From contig JBHGNT010000005.1 in assembly GCA_043228905.1 (NCBI GenBank), positions 5,270,001-5,334,000 of the forward strand: a DNA stretch of 64,000 bases, in the 5' to 3' direction. Every line of letters begins with the position of its first letter. Position 1 is the first letter of the stretch. Below, piece after piece: positions 47,553 through 62,400 of the stretch. Position numbers and translations under genes: made by a program. Origin of the DNA: Azolla caroliniana (lineage: Eukaryota; Plantae; Polypodiophyta). Under the pieces are notes generated by a model. It was not told the origin of the DNA and ran no database searches. It saw nothing but the letters and a program-made list of their open reading frames with translations.

Positions 47553-47687
47553 GAAGCCCCTCTATTAATTACTGCTCCTCCTCTTCTTCTTTCTCTGTCT
47601 ATCTTCATCTTCTTCCTCTAACAAGATTTCTAGGAGAGGAAGGAAGGCAAATCTCTCCACTCTCTCTCTCTGCTATTCTAGTTAGCC

Positions 47688-50085
47688 ATGGAGAAGATGA
47701 GTTTGAAGCTCAATGCAGCCTTCAGCAAGTTCTCTACTTCTCTGCCTCTCTTCTTCTTCATAATCATGGGATACTGCACAATGTGTGTTCATCATGTGGA
47801 AGCGAAGGATCCTATCGCCATGTTTGTGTTCGGGGATTCTTTGGTGGATACAGGCAACAATGACTACATCCCATCGACGGCCCGTGCAAACTTCCGGCCC
47901 AACGGTCTGGATTACCCGAATGGCCAGCCCACTGGCCGATTCTGCAATGGAAAGATCATCTCCGATTTCATAAGTATTCCTCACTATACTCTGCTCTAAT
48001 GTGCACTAATACTCTACTAATCTACATTTACACACCATAACTGCATTTCTCTCTAATACTATTTGCATAATCTCCCAAACATCTCAGGTTATGTGTTTTT
48101 GTTTTGAGCTCATGTAACTTGGTTTAGGGTTTAGGGTTTCCCTCTAATGTGCACTAATACTCTAGTAATCTACATTTACACACCATAACTGCATTTCTCT
48201 CTAATACTATTTGCATAATCTCCCACACATATAAGGTTATGTGTTTTTGTTTTGAGCTCATGTAACTTGGTTTGTGTGTGTGTGTGGGTGGTTGCAGGTG
48301 ATTACATGGGTCTGCCACCAGTGAAGCCATACCTTGACCCTTCCAACGATCAATCTAGCCTCCTCCTCGGTGCAAATTTTGCCTCTGCAGGTGCCGGTAT
48401 CCTTAACAGCACCGGCAGACTCTTCGTAAGTTGCTCATGTTCATGTGCTTTTGCTACTTGCGGTACCAATGGCTTGACCTAATCGGCTGTCATATGTGGT
48501 TTAATTGATCTTGCAGGTGAAGGTCCTCACAGTAGAAGAGCAATTTGCAATGTTCGATGAATACAAGCAAAAGGTTGCGAGCTTCATAGGGCGTCCGGCT
48601 ATGGAGAAGCTTTTGTCAGGGGCTCTGTTTTCGCTTACATTCGGCGGAAATGACTACATCAACAACTATCTCATGCCCTCTGCAAGGTCCAACAAGCAAT
48701 TCACCTTGCCCCAATGGCAATCCATCCTCATTGCCCAATACAAAATCCAACTCATTGTAAGCTGGAATCCCACATTTTGTTTTTGTTTGATCAAAGAAAC
48801 ATCTTTCATCTCAGTGATCTCACCACATTTTGAATCCTACATTTTGGTTTTCTTGGATCAAAGATACAACATCTTTCATCTCATCTCACCGTATTGGAAT
48901 CTCAGATTTTGTTTGTGTTGGATCAAAGCCACATACATCTTTGATCTCAGTGATCTCACCCTATTGGAATCCCACATTTGTTTTTCTTCTTTTTGTCAAA
49001 GACACATACATCTTTGATCTCATCTCACCATATGTCTGCTTTCTATGTTCACCATTAATAATTGTGGCATTCATGGTATGCAGGAATTGTATCGGATGGG
49101 TGCCCGAAAGTTCTCGATATCATCCTTGGGGCCATTGGGTTGCATCCCATCTCAGCTCAACATTCAGAAGAGCCCCGATGGATCTTGCATCCCATTCCTC
49201 CAGAAAGTCGCGCTGAGCTTCAATGCCGCGCTGAAGCCGATGACAGAGGAGTTGAATGCCATGTTCCCTGATGCAACATATGTCTATGTCAATAGCTTTG
49301 GCATTGTCATGGACTACATCTCCAACCCTAGTGCCTATGGTAAAACATTTGCTCCACCCTACCAGTCGATGTCTTTTACGCAATCACCGTGTTTGAAATT
49401 AATTACCGCGGTACCCATTTTCACTTTCACCATGATGGATACATGTTGAGGGCCAAGGAGGTCACACAGCTTTTATGAGGTTCACTTCAATCAAGGTGTA
49501 GCATTGTTGTCCATGTGTGAAATGTAGACGTCGGGGAGGGGAAGAGGGGAAGAGTGTCCGCACACATGTAGCCATTTGGTTTTCTAGCTACCAATTCATC
49601 ATTGGTACACATACCCTAGGGTTCACTCTCCGAAATTCTTGAAAAACATAGGATTGTAGGGTTTCAAGGGGGGCTGGGAGTATCTTCATGAATGAATGTC
49701 CTTATCACTTCTCACACACTTTCACTTCCCCACAAGAATCTTCTCATTTATCCTCTTGGGTTCCATATTTTTTCTTTTTTGTCCCTACATTTTGTTTAGA
49801 GTAATGTTTGTTTCAAACTAATCCCTTCTTATGGGTGCTTTTTTTTTATCTGGTATTTGTATAGGGTTCGAGACAGCCCACATGGCTTGTTGTGGTCAAG
49901 GAAAGTACAATGGTTTTCTCATTTGTAATAGGTTCTCAAATCTTTGTGCGAACCGACAAAACCATGTGTTCTGGGACCCATATCACCCTACAGAAAAAGT
50001 GAACCAATTGATCACACATCGGATCTTGAATGGACCGAAGTCCGACCTTAGCCCCGTTAATATTCGACAACTCTTGGGGATATAA
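47688..50085 (+). CDS. GDSL esterase/lipase, second copy (5 exons)
   Basis: Same exons and motifs as 3678-6077. One visible amino-acid change, DGTC to DGSC. Confidence 0.93.
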
Positions 50086-53000
50086 CAAAGAAACAAAAAA
50101 ATTCTGATACAAGCTATCTTTGTTTTTTGTTTTTTTTTCTTAATTTGTTGGCCCAAGACCAGTTTAAGAAGATGAGCTTATTTTTCCATGGGCTGTAGAG
50201 GTTAAAGGTTCAAATCATCAAGTCTTTGAACCCACCCTTATTTGGTTGTAATTTGCTTTGGCTCAAAAATGAGTTATATTGCTTGATATGGCAATAATAT
50301 GAGATGTACTTCATATTTTTTATACTACTTTGGATTTTGGAAAATTTTAGCTGTTTGTTTTAATGGTACCTCATGTGTAACGAGTTAGAAATTATAAGAT
50401 TAGGTTATTGTAACCTTCAACCTCACCAAACAATTTATATATAGTAAATCCTAAAAGGCTTGTAAAAGTTTAGTGGTTCATCAATTATTTAGGCACGGAG
50501 CATTTTATAATATACATTTCCGATGTTGGCATTGGCCCAAGAGACAATGAACCTCATTCTAGAAAACAATGTGAAATGTATCTATTCTAGAGGCCTTGGT
50601 AAGACATGATAACAAGCTGAAATACCCGAAATGTTGGGGACTTTTTGTTCCTATCAGTGTACATCTAACTAAAACTGTCATGTTGTCTCTAGACTCTCAC
50701 CATGTATATTAAACCAAGTTGCAAATTTGTTGGGAACTTAGTCAGCTTTCCCGTGGGATTTTAGAACCTTAGCATCCGGAAAGATTCCTTTTGATCGTCC
50801 ATTAAACATAGTGATTTCGTGACTCTCTCATTGTCATTTGCTAGACATCCTAAGCAATCCTAGTTTGTTGAGTGGTACCTATTTCCAATCATCGCCATAA
50901 GGTGTATGTGATGATTTTGGGCATTTTGTATGATTGATTGCTGCTGGTTGCTCACAAAAAAAGGACCTATTTTAGACTTCCTTCCAATTGTGCCATATTT
51001 TGTAGCTTTGTTAATAGCCCAAAGTTGGGGTCGCAAAGGATCCCTCAAACTTTTCTCTATTTGGGCCTTTGGGGACATTTTTCCTTTTTCACCAAGATCC
51101 CTCAAACTTCTTCTTACATTCAACACGACAAAAAGGGGACGTGTTTCATCGTATGAATTTCATTTATCCATGCCAACAACTAGGTGTTCTAAGTTCTACG
51201 GAATGCACACGTCCAATTGTAGAGATCCATTGCTTTTAGTTATTGCGTCATTCTGTCACTAACAAAATGTAACAGTGGAAAATGAATAACAGTAACTCTT
51301 GGGTGTCCAATAACAGTAGTAAAATTTATAGTTTAAAGTGTATGACAAAATACGACCTTTAACAATATTGATTTACAATTCGGTCAACCCCAAGGCAACA
51401 TGCCGTGCATTGTATTGCTTTGTCAACAATGGAGCAATAATGGCACAACCTCTTGTGTCTTCAATACTAGACATCAAAGCTATAGGTGAAGATGGAAGCA
51501 TTAAAATCTATGACAAAAGAAGAGAGTTGAAATGTGTACATGCACACAAGAGTCATAACATGAACACAAATTGTTGTGTTGCACAATACAAAATTACTCT
51601 AAAGAGAAGAAGTAAAAAATAGGTCTTGAGACAAGAAAATAAAGGTGCATGTTCTAAAGGACAAAATCATTCATACGCCATATTCATAGGATTAGGTGGT
51701 TTCTAATAATGTCATTTTTGCCATTATTAGAAACCACCGAATTGACATTAGAGAGTCATTTGGACTTAGAATTATATAGAGACCAAAACTCAACCAAAAT
51801 ATGAATGATGCATCCTTGATACCAAGATTCACAAAGCACCATGTCCATACCTTTTGATGGTTTTAACAAAAAACTGACCATTAATCATAATATTCCCATC
51901 CCACCACGGAAATATTGCCATATTTGTAGTCCAAGCGAGAAGCACTAAAACAAGGAATCGAAGATTTCGTGTTCAAAAGTAGACAAACATAAGTATAAAA
52001 ACCTATGTCGGAAGATTACTATGAAATTTGTTTTGAGAGGCAAGAACAAAATTGGAGATATTTATGACTTTCTTTATACAAATTCTCAATGGGTTCAACA
52101 CCAAGAAAATCATGGAGAGCCTTTCCAATATTTTGTAAAGGCTCTTGATATCATGATTTACTCTATTTGTGTTTTACATGATAAAAAGTTTATTTATGTT
52201 TTGCATTAAAGGGTCTTCTTTATGTTTGCATTAAAATACCCTATATGTGGGTACAAATTTAAAGAGAATCTAAAATTTGAATCCCAACAAAGCAAATGGC
52301 AAATCAATTTCTCGATTTACTTCACCCTCTTTGAACTCTATATTGACAACCAAGAGCCACATGGCGGTAGTGAGGGAATCAATATATTAGGACACCAGTT
52401 CACATTCTTCTTGAGATGTTGATTACGTAATATTGGCCACTAAATCTAATGCAAGACTTCAAAACCAACTTAATGCAATAGATAATCTTTGTGAACAATA
52501 CAGCCTCAGAGTAAATCAAGGACCAACCAAGCACACTTCCATGAACCTTGTACTAAAATATGGTTATTTGGTTTCATGGTCATCCCTATCCTCGTGTACA
52601 TTGTAGCCATTGTAGCATCCAATTGGTCATGATGATGCAAAGGCTCGCCGCTCCACCTCATACAAGAGTGTTCAAGTTAAATAATGTAAAAGCTTTAATT
52701 CAAACTAGAAACCTAATCACCAAAACAAGGATCAAGATCGTGGCAAGCATCATGACACTCACAAGTAATAAAATGGCTCAAAAATAATGGCTACAACATC
52801 AATAATTTGGCAATACATAGCTTACACCTCTCCGAAATGATGTACATACATGATATTGCCACAAGAGATATGGTAACTCTATACCCAAAAGATTTAGTCC
52901 ACAAAAATGGTCTATAAGAAGATAGTTTCATGGACTTCTTCCAAAATGTGCTCACAAAGCAATCCTACAACCAACTAGAGATTGAAGCAAGATGTATACT

Positions 53001-54433
53001 TGCACACCTAGACCCAAAAGACTTCCTAGTTATGTGAAGGAGAAGTGATAGCAAGTTGCATATGCCCAACTTATGAGCAAGTGAAAGAGAAGCATGACAA
53101 CACCCTCTTTATGTGGAGTCCATAATACAATGAACGAAGAAATCTTATTCAAACTTCAAATGTATATGAAATCAACCCTTCTATCAAAACATGTTGCAAT
53201 GGAAACACCATAGATCTCACTTCTTCCCCAGGCTTGCACCATATACCAAGACTCGCCATAGATTGAGCAAAGGATTGTCAACAACAAAGACCCTAACTAT
53301 CATATGATACGAAGTGTGGGCCATAGTATAGCGAAACCAAGTCATGAAGATTATTGCTCACATTGTTGGATTTGCTTGAGGACATTTAGTGAACTTCATC
53401 ATAGCCTCACCCAACCACATCTATCAACCTTCAATACGATGTCCGCTCCCCAGTAATCCATGCATGGTCGTCATACACTTATGTTTGTAATTCATCTTAA
53501 CACTCATTCCATCACATGCACTCAAGTCATCATCATTGTTTGTTAGGAAACTTAGAGCTTTATCTTTGTTTTATTTAGGTAACTTTATACACTTCATGAT
53601 TGTTAGCCATCAAGTGCATAACACTCGGTAACCACCACTTGCATTCAAGTCATCCTCATGGATCAAACTGAATAGGTGCAAACTGATTGTCTTAATCAAG
53701 TTCATTGCCACCAGATGCTCACATAGTGATTGATTGGTATGGTTAGAAAAAGATTCTATCGTTACAATATAATACATTATCAAGGATGCAGTCTCAAACA
53801 AGGAGAAAATTCTGGCTAAACACCAAACAATATGAGACAGAGAGAGTCTTTAACGGAACAACTTGCATTGATAGAATAAAATTCCCAAATGGGGTGAAAT
53901 CCTTCCATGTCCGAAGGTAAATGGTATCTTGTTTGAGGGTAATATCATTCATATCATCAACCTCTAAATATTTACCTCTTTGATGAGTTATTTACACATT
54001 TCCTGTCTACACAATCCTAAATGCTACCAAACAAATTTGTTGCTGATCATGTACCTTCTCTAAATCTTGAGAGGTGCCAAATTATGTTTTACTTAGTATT
54101 TCGTCATCAGAGAAGCAAATATTAAATATGTAGAGAGTAAAATATACGGATTCACCCATATACCAGGATGAAGCCTTACAAAACATTAAAGAATACATTA
54201 TATACATAGATAAATATATTTTTGCAAAGAAAGCATGTAGATTCATTGGCAAGATGCACATAACATAATAAAGAGTAATACAGTGCCGAATGGATAGAGT
54301 AAACATCACTCACATAACATTGTGTATGATACTACATATGTAAGAAAACACCGTCCATATTGTTGTCGATCCATAGTTAGTTGGGAAAAAAATGATGATT
54401 ATCTTTCCGTTTCTTTCCAACTTAGAGAATTTG

Positions 54434-56970
54434 TTATAGGGGCAGTTCCCCACTATCTACTATTACCACCTTACGCTTGGGGGTGCCACTTTGAGTACCT
54501 TCCGCTTCCACCTTATAAACCACATCCATGCCACTTATCACCTTTCCAAACACTACATGTCTTCCATCCAACCTATACAACACCAGCCCAGTACAGATTG
54601 TCATACAGAAAAATACTATAGTAATCCAAAGACAATCTAGTGTATACATTAATATCTGGTATTGTATAAGAGAAAGGCAGATAAACCAAAATACCCCTAA
54701 AAGTTGTCAAATTGACCAGGAATACCACTATGTAGTTTATAATTCTGTGTTTCATGCAAGTATTCCAACAAAAAGGCTGGTGATATATTGGTGGGACAGG
54801 TATTCTGGCAGTGTTTTTGAGAAACTATGCGCACTTGCAACAGACCCTTGTACTTACCAACTTGTTTTCACAGTAGTTATGAAAAATTGGGAGCCATTGG
54901 TGTTCGACCCAGCATTTGCCATGGACAAAACACCTATTATAATAATTAACAGGATCATCAGAACATTAAGTATTATCCATTATGCATTTAAGATTTCAAC
55001 AACAATGAAGAGCATAAAATGTTGCTGTACATAAATACAAATAGCTGACCTGGGGCTGTATGCTTGATCTTGAAATTCTCATCAGCAAAACTCTCACCAT
55101 AGATGGATTCTCCACCTCGTCCATCACCAAGGGTAAAATCCCCACCTTGTATCATGAAGCTAGGGATAATGCGATGGAGTTTGGACCCCTTATAATGAAG
55201 TGCTTTACCACTCCTTCCAACTCCCTTCTCACCAGTACAAAGAGCCCTGAAATTCTCTGTAATTTTGACAAAGCCATATATATACACACAATTAGAATGT
55301 GAGCACTGACAAATCCTTAGGGTTCATTTAAATAAGTTTACAGTTGAGCTGCAGGGCAAGTGTTTATCATAGAAATAAAGGAACACACCTGAATACCTTG
55401 AACCTTCTGGATACACCAGAATATCACTAAGTTTCTGGGAAACTCATCAGAGTAACCATCTGTAGTAGTATTTTTCTACTAGGATATTCAGGTAAATATG
55501 CAAAAAGTTACAAGTATTTCAGTGTTTTGCCATATAACAATAAATGTGTGATTGGTGGGACCAGTTTTGCAAATGCATGTGGCCAAATTATAGAGCATGG
55601 CAATGAATTTGAGCCTTGAATGCCAAAGACAATATTCCAGCACAAAGTATGAATCTAATCTTAGTAATCTACACACATGGGGCTTATATAACTTAAACCA
55701 TGGGATACAACAAAAAGAGAGATGAACTGACCTACAGTCTTTGGCACAGTTTTTCCAAATAAACCCATCACCACCCTTCCTAAAATAAGCCCAACAAAAG
55801 CACAAGAATTAGCTCCTTTTCAAGGTGTTTCAGAAAGATTAATTTGTCAACTCATATCTAGCTTTTTTACCTGTGGGCTTTCCGTCGATTTCGATATCGA
55901 AGAATACTTTATGGGTTATCTCATCTAATTGCTCATTTTTTTTAGCCTGAAATTTTCCCATGATCATTGAATCAAAGAAATCGCAATTGTATTAAAGCTC
56001 TAAGATTCTTTACACTATCAAACTAAAATTGCGTGAAGTTGTATATAAACTCAAATTCAATATAGCATGAAAATGAAGATGGGGGAAAATGGGTAATAGG
56101 AAACTAACATATTCTATCGTTTTATGATCTAATGTGACTAAGAGGGTAAAATACACATTTTGTTATTTTATGATCCAACTGTAAACGTATTTCCTATCAT
56201 TTGATGATCTAGTAGTAAAGGCTTAACATTAAGGTTAAGATTTCCCACCTCAATATGCACATCATGGGTAGGGACGCCTATGCTTAATAAGGTTGTTAAT
56301 GTCATATAGCTGGGTCCTATTCCCATCAATGAAAATTTTCTATATTCTTGGTCATTAACCAGCTACATTGTCATTGTGGTATAATTTGTAGCAGATATTT
56401 TGTCTGCTTTAATATAAATTTAGCACGTGTAAATCCCATGTATCAAAAGGAAACTCAAAAGATCGGACAAAAATGGATCCAACTGATTCCCAATAGAAAA
56501 ATGATGAGATCTGAATGCATCATCTAGTTTTTCTTTAATACATATAAATTCAACATATTCTCGTTTAAATGCATATAAATTCAACATCTTTCTCTCTGCC
56601 CCTTCAAATCTTTCACTTGGAAAGAAAGCAGGAAAATGTCTCCAACATATACATATGTCGATTCCGAATTTCACGTATTCTCGTTTAAATGCATATAAAT
56701 TCAACATCTTTCTCCCTGTCCCTTCGAATCTTTCGCTTGGAAAGAAAGCAGGAAAATGTCTCCAACATATACATATGTGGATTCAGAATTTCCGTATCGA
56801 TCACGCTACTGTTTCACAGATCTAGGGAAAACACAGTAGACAAAAAAGAGCGAAAAAAAAAGAGGCAAAGATTTCGTTTTTTTGAGTACCTGAAGAGTAG
56901 TAAGGAAAGAAGCAGAGGAGAAGAGAATCAGTGCGATCCAGATGGACACCAAGGGGAGGGTATTGGCCAT
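54434..56970 (-). CDS. Signal-peptide cyclophilin, second copy (6 exons)
   Basis: Same exons as 10430-13204. Intron 1 is about 240 bp shorter. Confidence 0.93.
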
Positions 56971-58755
56971 GGGGTCTCTCTCTGTGCTCTGCTTCTTCAG
57001 AAAAGAAAGAAAGAAAGAGAGAAAGAAATAGCAGGCAGCAGCTACCAAGTGAGAGGAGATGTGTGTCTTTACTCACTCGCTCACTGGCAGTGGCTCCCGA
57101 GAGAGAGATGGACGGACAGACGGACGGACGGACGGACGGACGGGTTAGGGTTTTATTTCTTGTCCACAATGTGAACACGCACAGACGCCCACAAAACCTA
57201 CACACCGTTCCTCTTTGTCTTCTTCAATCTTCTCTATCTATGTCTTGTATGTCTATCTATAGAAGGACCACTTGTTTCTCACAAACCTCGGCACAACGAT
57301 TTCTCAGTAACCCCCCCTATCCATCCTTCTATCCAGCCACAGGCCTTTGTCCACCCATTGCTTTATGGCAATTGGGGTTTGTCCATCCTTCTATCCACCC
57401 CACGAGCCTTTGTCCACCCATTGCCTTTTGGTAATTGGGGGCTGGATTTCGTCCAACGTCACCATCTGCCCTACTCTCTGAGCCCATGTAGTTTCTATTC
57501 TCCTCTCTTTTAATTCTCCGGCACCGCATCCTTGGACCCACACGTTTGATCTTATGGACATGGTTACCACCTGTTTGCATCGTTTCCTAATCGAAGTGTG
57601 TGTGCTTGTCTATAGTGCGTGTTTTTACATTCCCATTTTGGTCTATGTGTTCGTTCGTTCGTTCACCTTCAAAAACAACATTTACAATGTCAGCACACAC
57701 ACACACCTCTTTATAAAATGGTGCTTTTAGTGTCACGTAAGACACGGTGGTTTAATAACATACCATGTGCTTTTCTCAAACAAGCTTACAGAATATTCTA
57801 AAATGATGTTTTGTTGAGGTTATAGAATATTTGCCCATGATGTTTCTATAAAGGTTACAAAAGCTTATAAAATATTCGCCAATATCAAGCTTATAGAATA
57901 TTCTCTAATGATGTCATGAAGCCTCGTATATTGCTTAAGGTACTTTCTTATATAGGTTTGTAGTCTCATATGAGAATGACTAGGTTCGATGTATGCTGCA
58001 ACCAAATGTGCAAATAGCTTAAGTGCACAAAATCAAGGACATGTAATGGAACTTTCATCAACATAAATCAAGGATATGCAATGATGAGATAACGTAAAGA
58101 AGGCATCTCGCTATATTCTATAGTTGGGCTCAAACAGTGTTAACTACAACTAAAAACTTTGCCAATGTCATGTGACGATGGATCAAGATTTCACCTCACG
58201 AACAATGCAAAAGAGATTCAAACACATACATACATATATACGTGCCTATATTGTAGGAATGTCTCATTGGGAATGTGTGAAGGGGAACCGTAGTAAGTTT
58301 TGCTTGGAAACACATAAAATGTAGCTGCTCATAAGAGGCTCAAACATAAACAAAAGAGATGATAAGGAATGGTGGCATGGTTTTCTTCAAGGGCGTTTGT
58401 TTGAACATGTTCTCTTATTACACACAATGTTAACTATAGATAGAGATAGAGATAGAGATAAATATAGTGATAAATATAGTGATAAATATAGTGCTAATTT
58501 CTAAATATAGAGATAGATAGATAGATAGGCTTTTGCCCATCCATTCATTCATTCATTTAGTCATTCATTCTTCGGACATGCACATGCAAAAAAACATAAA
58601 AACAAAAAATGGACCACTTCAAATATAAATACATAATAACTCCGAAGGGTTTTCTTCTTCATTATCATTAGGGTTTAGAACAAACAGAGCAGAACAGAAC
58701 AGAACAGAACAAAACCAGAAGGAGAAGATAAAAGAAGAGGAAGAAGGAAGAATCG

Positions 58756-59487
58756 ATGGCCATGGCTCGATCTGCAGTCGCTCCTCTCCTCGCGTCTCAG
58801 TGCGCCGCAGGTCTTCCCAGGCTCCCCTCATCCTCTTTCTCGTCGTCTCGGTATGTACTCTCTCCTCTCCCCAAATCGGTCTCTTCTTTTTCCTTCAATC
58901 TCCGAGGTGGAATCGTGAGACGAAGCAGCAGAACCTTCTCCTACCCCTTGGCCATGGCTTCTTCCTCTGTGACCACAGAGAGCTCGGTTGAATCCAAAAC
59001 CATCTCCGTCGGAGATAAGCTCCCCGAAGCAACGTTCGCTTATCTCGACAAAGAAGGTCAAGTTCAGACCGTGACCGTATCGGATCTCACGAAAGGCAAG
59101 AAAGCGGTGTTTTTCGCAGTTCCCGGAGCGTTCACTCCGACCTGTTCTCAGAAGCACTTACCAGGGTTTGTAGAGAAAGCTGATGAGCTCAGATCAAAAG
59201 GTGTGGATACCATAGCTTGTATATCTGTGAATGACGTGTTTGTGATGAGAGCATGGGGAGAGAACCTGAGCACAGGCGATAAGGTTCTTCTTCTCTCCGA
59301 TGGGAACTTGAACTTCACGAAAGCTATAGGTGCAACTCTGGACTTGAGTGATAAGCCCGTCGGTCTTGGTGTCAGGTCGAGAAGGTACTCTCTCCTCGCT
59401 GAGGATGGAGTGGTGAGAGTTCTCCATCTCGAAGAAGGCGGATCCTTCACTACCAGTGGAGCTGATGATATTTTGAAAGCCTTGTAG
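58756..59487 (+). CDS. PRXIIE: Plastid type II peroxiredoxin, second copy
   Basis: Protein identical to 14964-15695; the nucleotide changes seen are synonymous. Confidence 0.93.
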   Translation: MAMARSAVAPLLASQCAAGLPRLPSSSFSSSRYVLSPLPKSVSSFSFNLRGGIVRRSSRTFSYPLAMASSSVTTESSVESKTISVGDKLPEATFAYLDKEGQVQTVTVSDLTKGKKAVFFAVPGAFTPTCSQKHLPGFVEKADELRSKGVDTIACISVNDVFVMRAWGENLSTGDKVLLLSDGNLNFTKAIGATLDLSDKPVGLGVRSRRYSLLAEDGVVRVLHLEEGGSFTTSGADDILKAL

Positions 59488-62400
59488 ATTCTCTTGGGAG
59501 TTCAGTATTAAGGTTTGTCTAAAGAAAGAAAGGCATAATTATGTTGCATTGTCTAGCTCGGCAAGGCGAAAGAAGGAAAATTTTGGTTTGCATGCATAAA
59601 TATATGTATATGTTCTACCTAGTCTTCTATATGAGAAAATGCTACTTTGGTCCTTGAATTCATATATGTATTTATTGTTATTCCTAAACTTATATATGAG
59701 TACTATTCCTACTGCATTTTGAAATTTCCCCGAATTTCAATATTTCATGTATGTTTTCCTATTTCGTACTTATATATATAGTTATCTATACAGTACTGTT
59801 ATATACACATGATACGTTTTTGAGAGGTAATTAACCCTCTGTAGCTATTGTGTTTGTGCATTGCAGGCATCCTTTCCTAAGGGTTGAGAATAATTTGATG
59901 TATATACGAATAAGAATTCAAAGCTTCTTTAGGAATTATGTGCATGGCTTATGTAGGATTGGAAGAGTTGATTGATGTTTTATCCGGATCTATATAAACG
60001 CTCACATGGCAAGAACAATGTCCCATATGTTTCTGGTTTCTAATATACTAAAGGATAATACTGTTGGCAACCCATTGCTTTTTCTTATTTCTCAGGAAGG
60101 TTATTATTCGTGTTTCTCTTTTAAACTAGAGTGTGTTAAATAATCACCAAATTTGTATTCTGTGATAAAATTACCACAATGTTAAAGATCTTTTGTAGCT
60201 TCATTTTGCAATACATGATGCACCTCTTGTGTACTTTATCTCCATTGGATTATCTACTTGTATCTTTGGGTTGATATGCATTACGGATAACATGGTAAGA
60301 ATATTATTCTTATCATCGCATTTTAATGGCTAATATGATGCGAATAACCTATAATAACCTATATAAATGGACATGGACATGCGGATATGTAAATGAACTA
60401 CGGTCAGAAATGAAATGATAAGGGACTCAAGAGGATGGTTTGTGAAATTGCTGCAAGTTTGAAGTTGATCTCTTTCATTATCCTTGAAGCTTTCCTTTTG
60501 GTAGAGTTTAAAATTTTGGAGATGCATGTATTTAGCCTCTTCAGTATGTACATGTATTATGTTTAGGAGAATTAGACATGAAAGTCAGTGAAAAGTATTA
60601 AAGAAGACGAATGGGATGAAGGGTGCTTACCATAGTGTTTAGCCTCTTTGAGTGAATGACGAGAGACAGTATTAACATCCAGTGTCATCTACCTCTAAAT
60701 TTGTCCTACTTTTGTAGTTGGCCATTAACAGGACTAATGAGAGCCTTAGATTCATTGGAATTAGTTTTTAGAGTTGGTTGATTAGGCTATGCTGTTATAT
60801 GAGAGCCTGTCATCTACCTCTAAATTTTTCCGTCTACTTTTGTAAGTTGGCCATTAATAGGACTCATGAGAGCCTCTTCCTCACTAATTTGGGAGTAATG
60901 AGAGCCTTAGATTCATTGAAATTAGTTTTCAGAGTTGGTCGATTAGGCTATGCTGTTATATGAGTTCTCGGTCCTTACACAAGTTTTATACAAGTTCAGG
61001 GATAACTGAATTCTCAGTAATCCATCTGTTCACTTTAATTAGTCTTTACAATTAGCTCAAATTAGTGCTACAATACATTCTGGTTATCCTTGAATTCTAG
61101 CAAAACTGTATTCTCACTTTATCCATATATTGTCCAGTTGTGCTTGCAACAATTGGTTTAAAGCTTGTGAATATCAAAGTGGTGAGAGTACTCTTGCCTA
61201 TCATTGTATGCCTTTTCTCATATAAGAGCCAGGTCATATGTTAAAAAGGACAGTTTGGTCGTTTTGATTATTATACAAATGCATCTTGTGACCTATTACT
61301 AGAGGGCCAAGTGTTATTTTGTATTCATGGCAGTATGGTTCGTTCAATATCTAATACAGTTAAATATCATGAACCAATAAGCATCAATATTTTATTCTGT
61401 CATTCTTTTGTTTTCATGATATTGCTAAAATTGTTGTTGAGCGGCAACAATTAAAAAGGTTAGTCCTAACACACACATCAAAATGAATGAATTAATTGTA
61501 CTTCTTTTGTTTTGTTAATGTTTGGACCCATAGTAATTCTTGAAATGTGGGACATTGGCTTTGAGTCATGGAATTCATGGCATTCTACATGTATTCTAAC
61601 CCTACTCTCTTATTTGGTATATAAATGTATAGCCTCATTTGAGTGATGAACGAAGCGTATGGTGTTTCGAGATCTTGGAAACTTTACATCATGTTATGAC
61701 ATGGAGGGGTGATTTCATTTGTGTATATAATATAATGTTAATGTGGTTTTTATAATTATAAGTGGATTGATCGATAGAAAGATTAAGCATTGCCAATTAA
61801 GGGCTAATTGTCAATAATAATCTTATGACTCACAGTACAATGATTGTGTCATTTCTACTTAAAACACTCACCATCAACTCACTCTTAACAAGATAGAAAG
61901 GAAATCCAATGCAATTACTCTCTATCCCTAATTACTATGTTCACGTTCTTTTGAGAGCCTCTCTCAAATCATGTAATGGTATAGATAAATAAATCAAATT
62001 ATGTGTATGCATAATTATGTGCAAGGTGTATGTTTGTGACAATGTGATGCAGACAAATAAAGCTAATTAATCACAACAATCTTGACCTCCAGCATTTTGA
62101 TGAACTTTATGAGTAATTCATATGAAGCATATAATAGTGAGGGTATATTTGCAAAAGGACTTTTTTTTTCAGAAGGTACGCAAGCACAACTGTCAAGACA
62201 TCTTAAAACCTGGAAACATATTAACATAGTAATTCAAATGATGGTATCATGGAAGAGTTTTTCCCAATGAGAGAACATAATGCACTTGCTTTTCTTAATA
62301 ATGTATGGATAATATATACTGACGAGCTAGTAATATCTACTATGGACCATTTTACCCTTGGTACATATTTTAAGTCATTTCTGGTTATTATTTCGTAGCC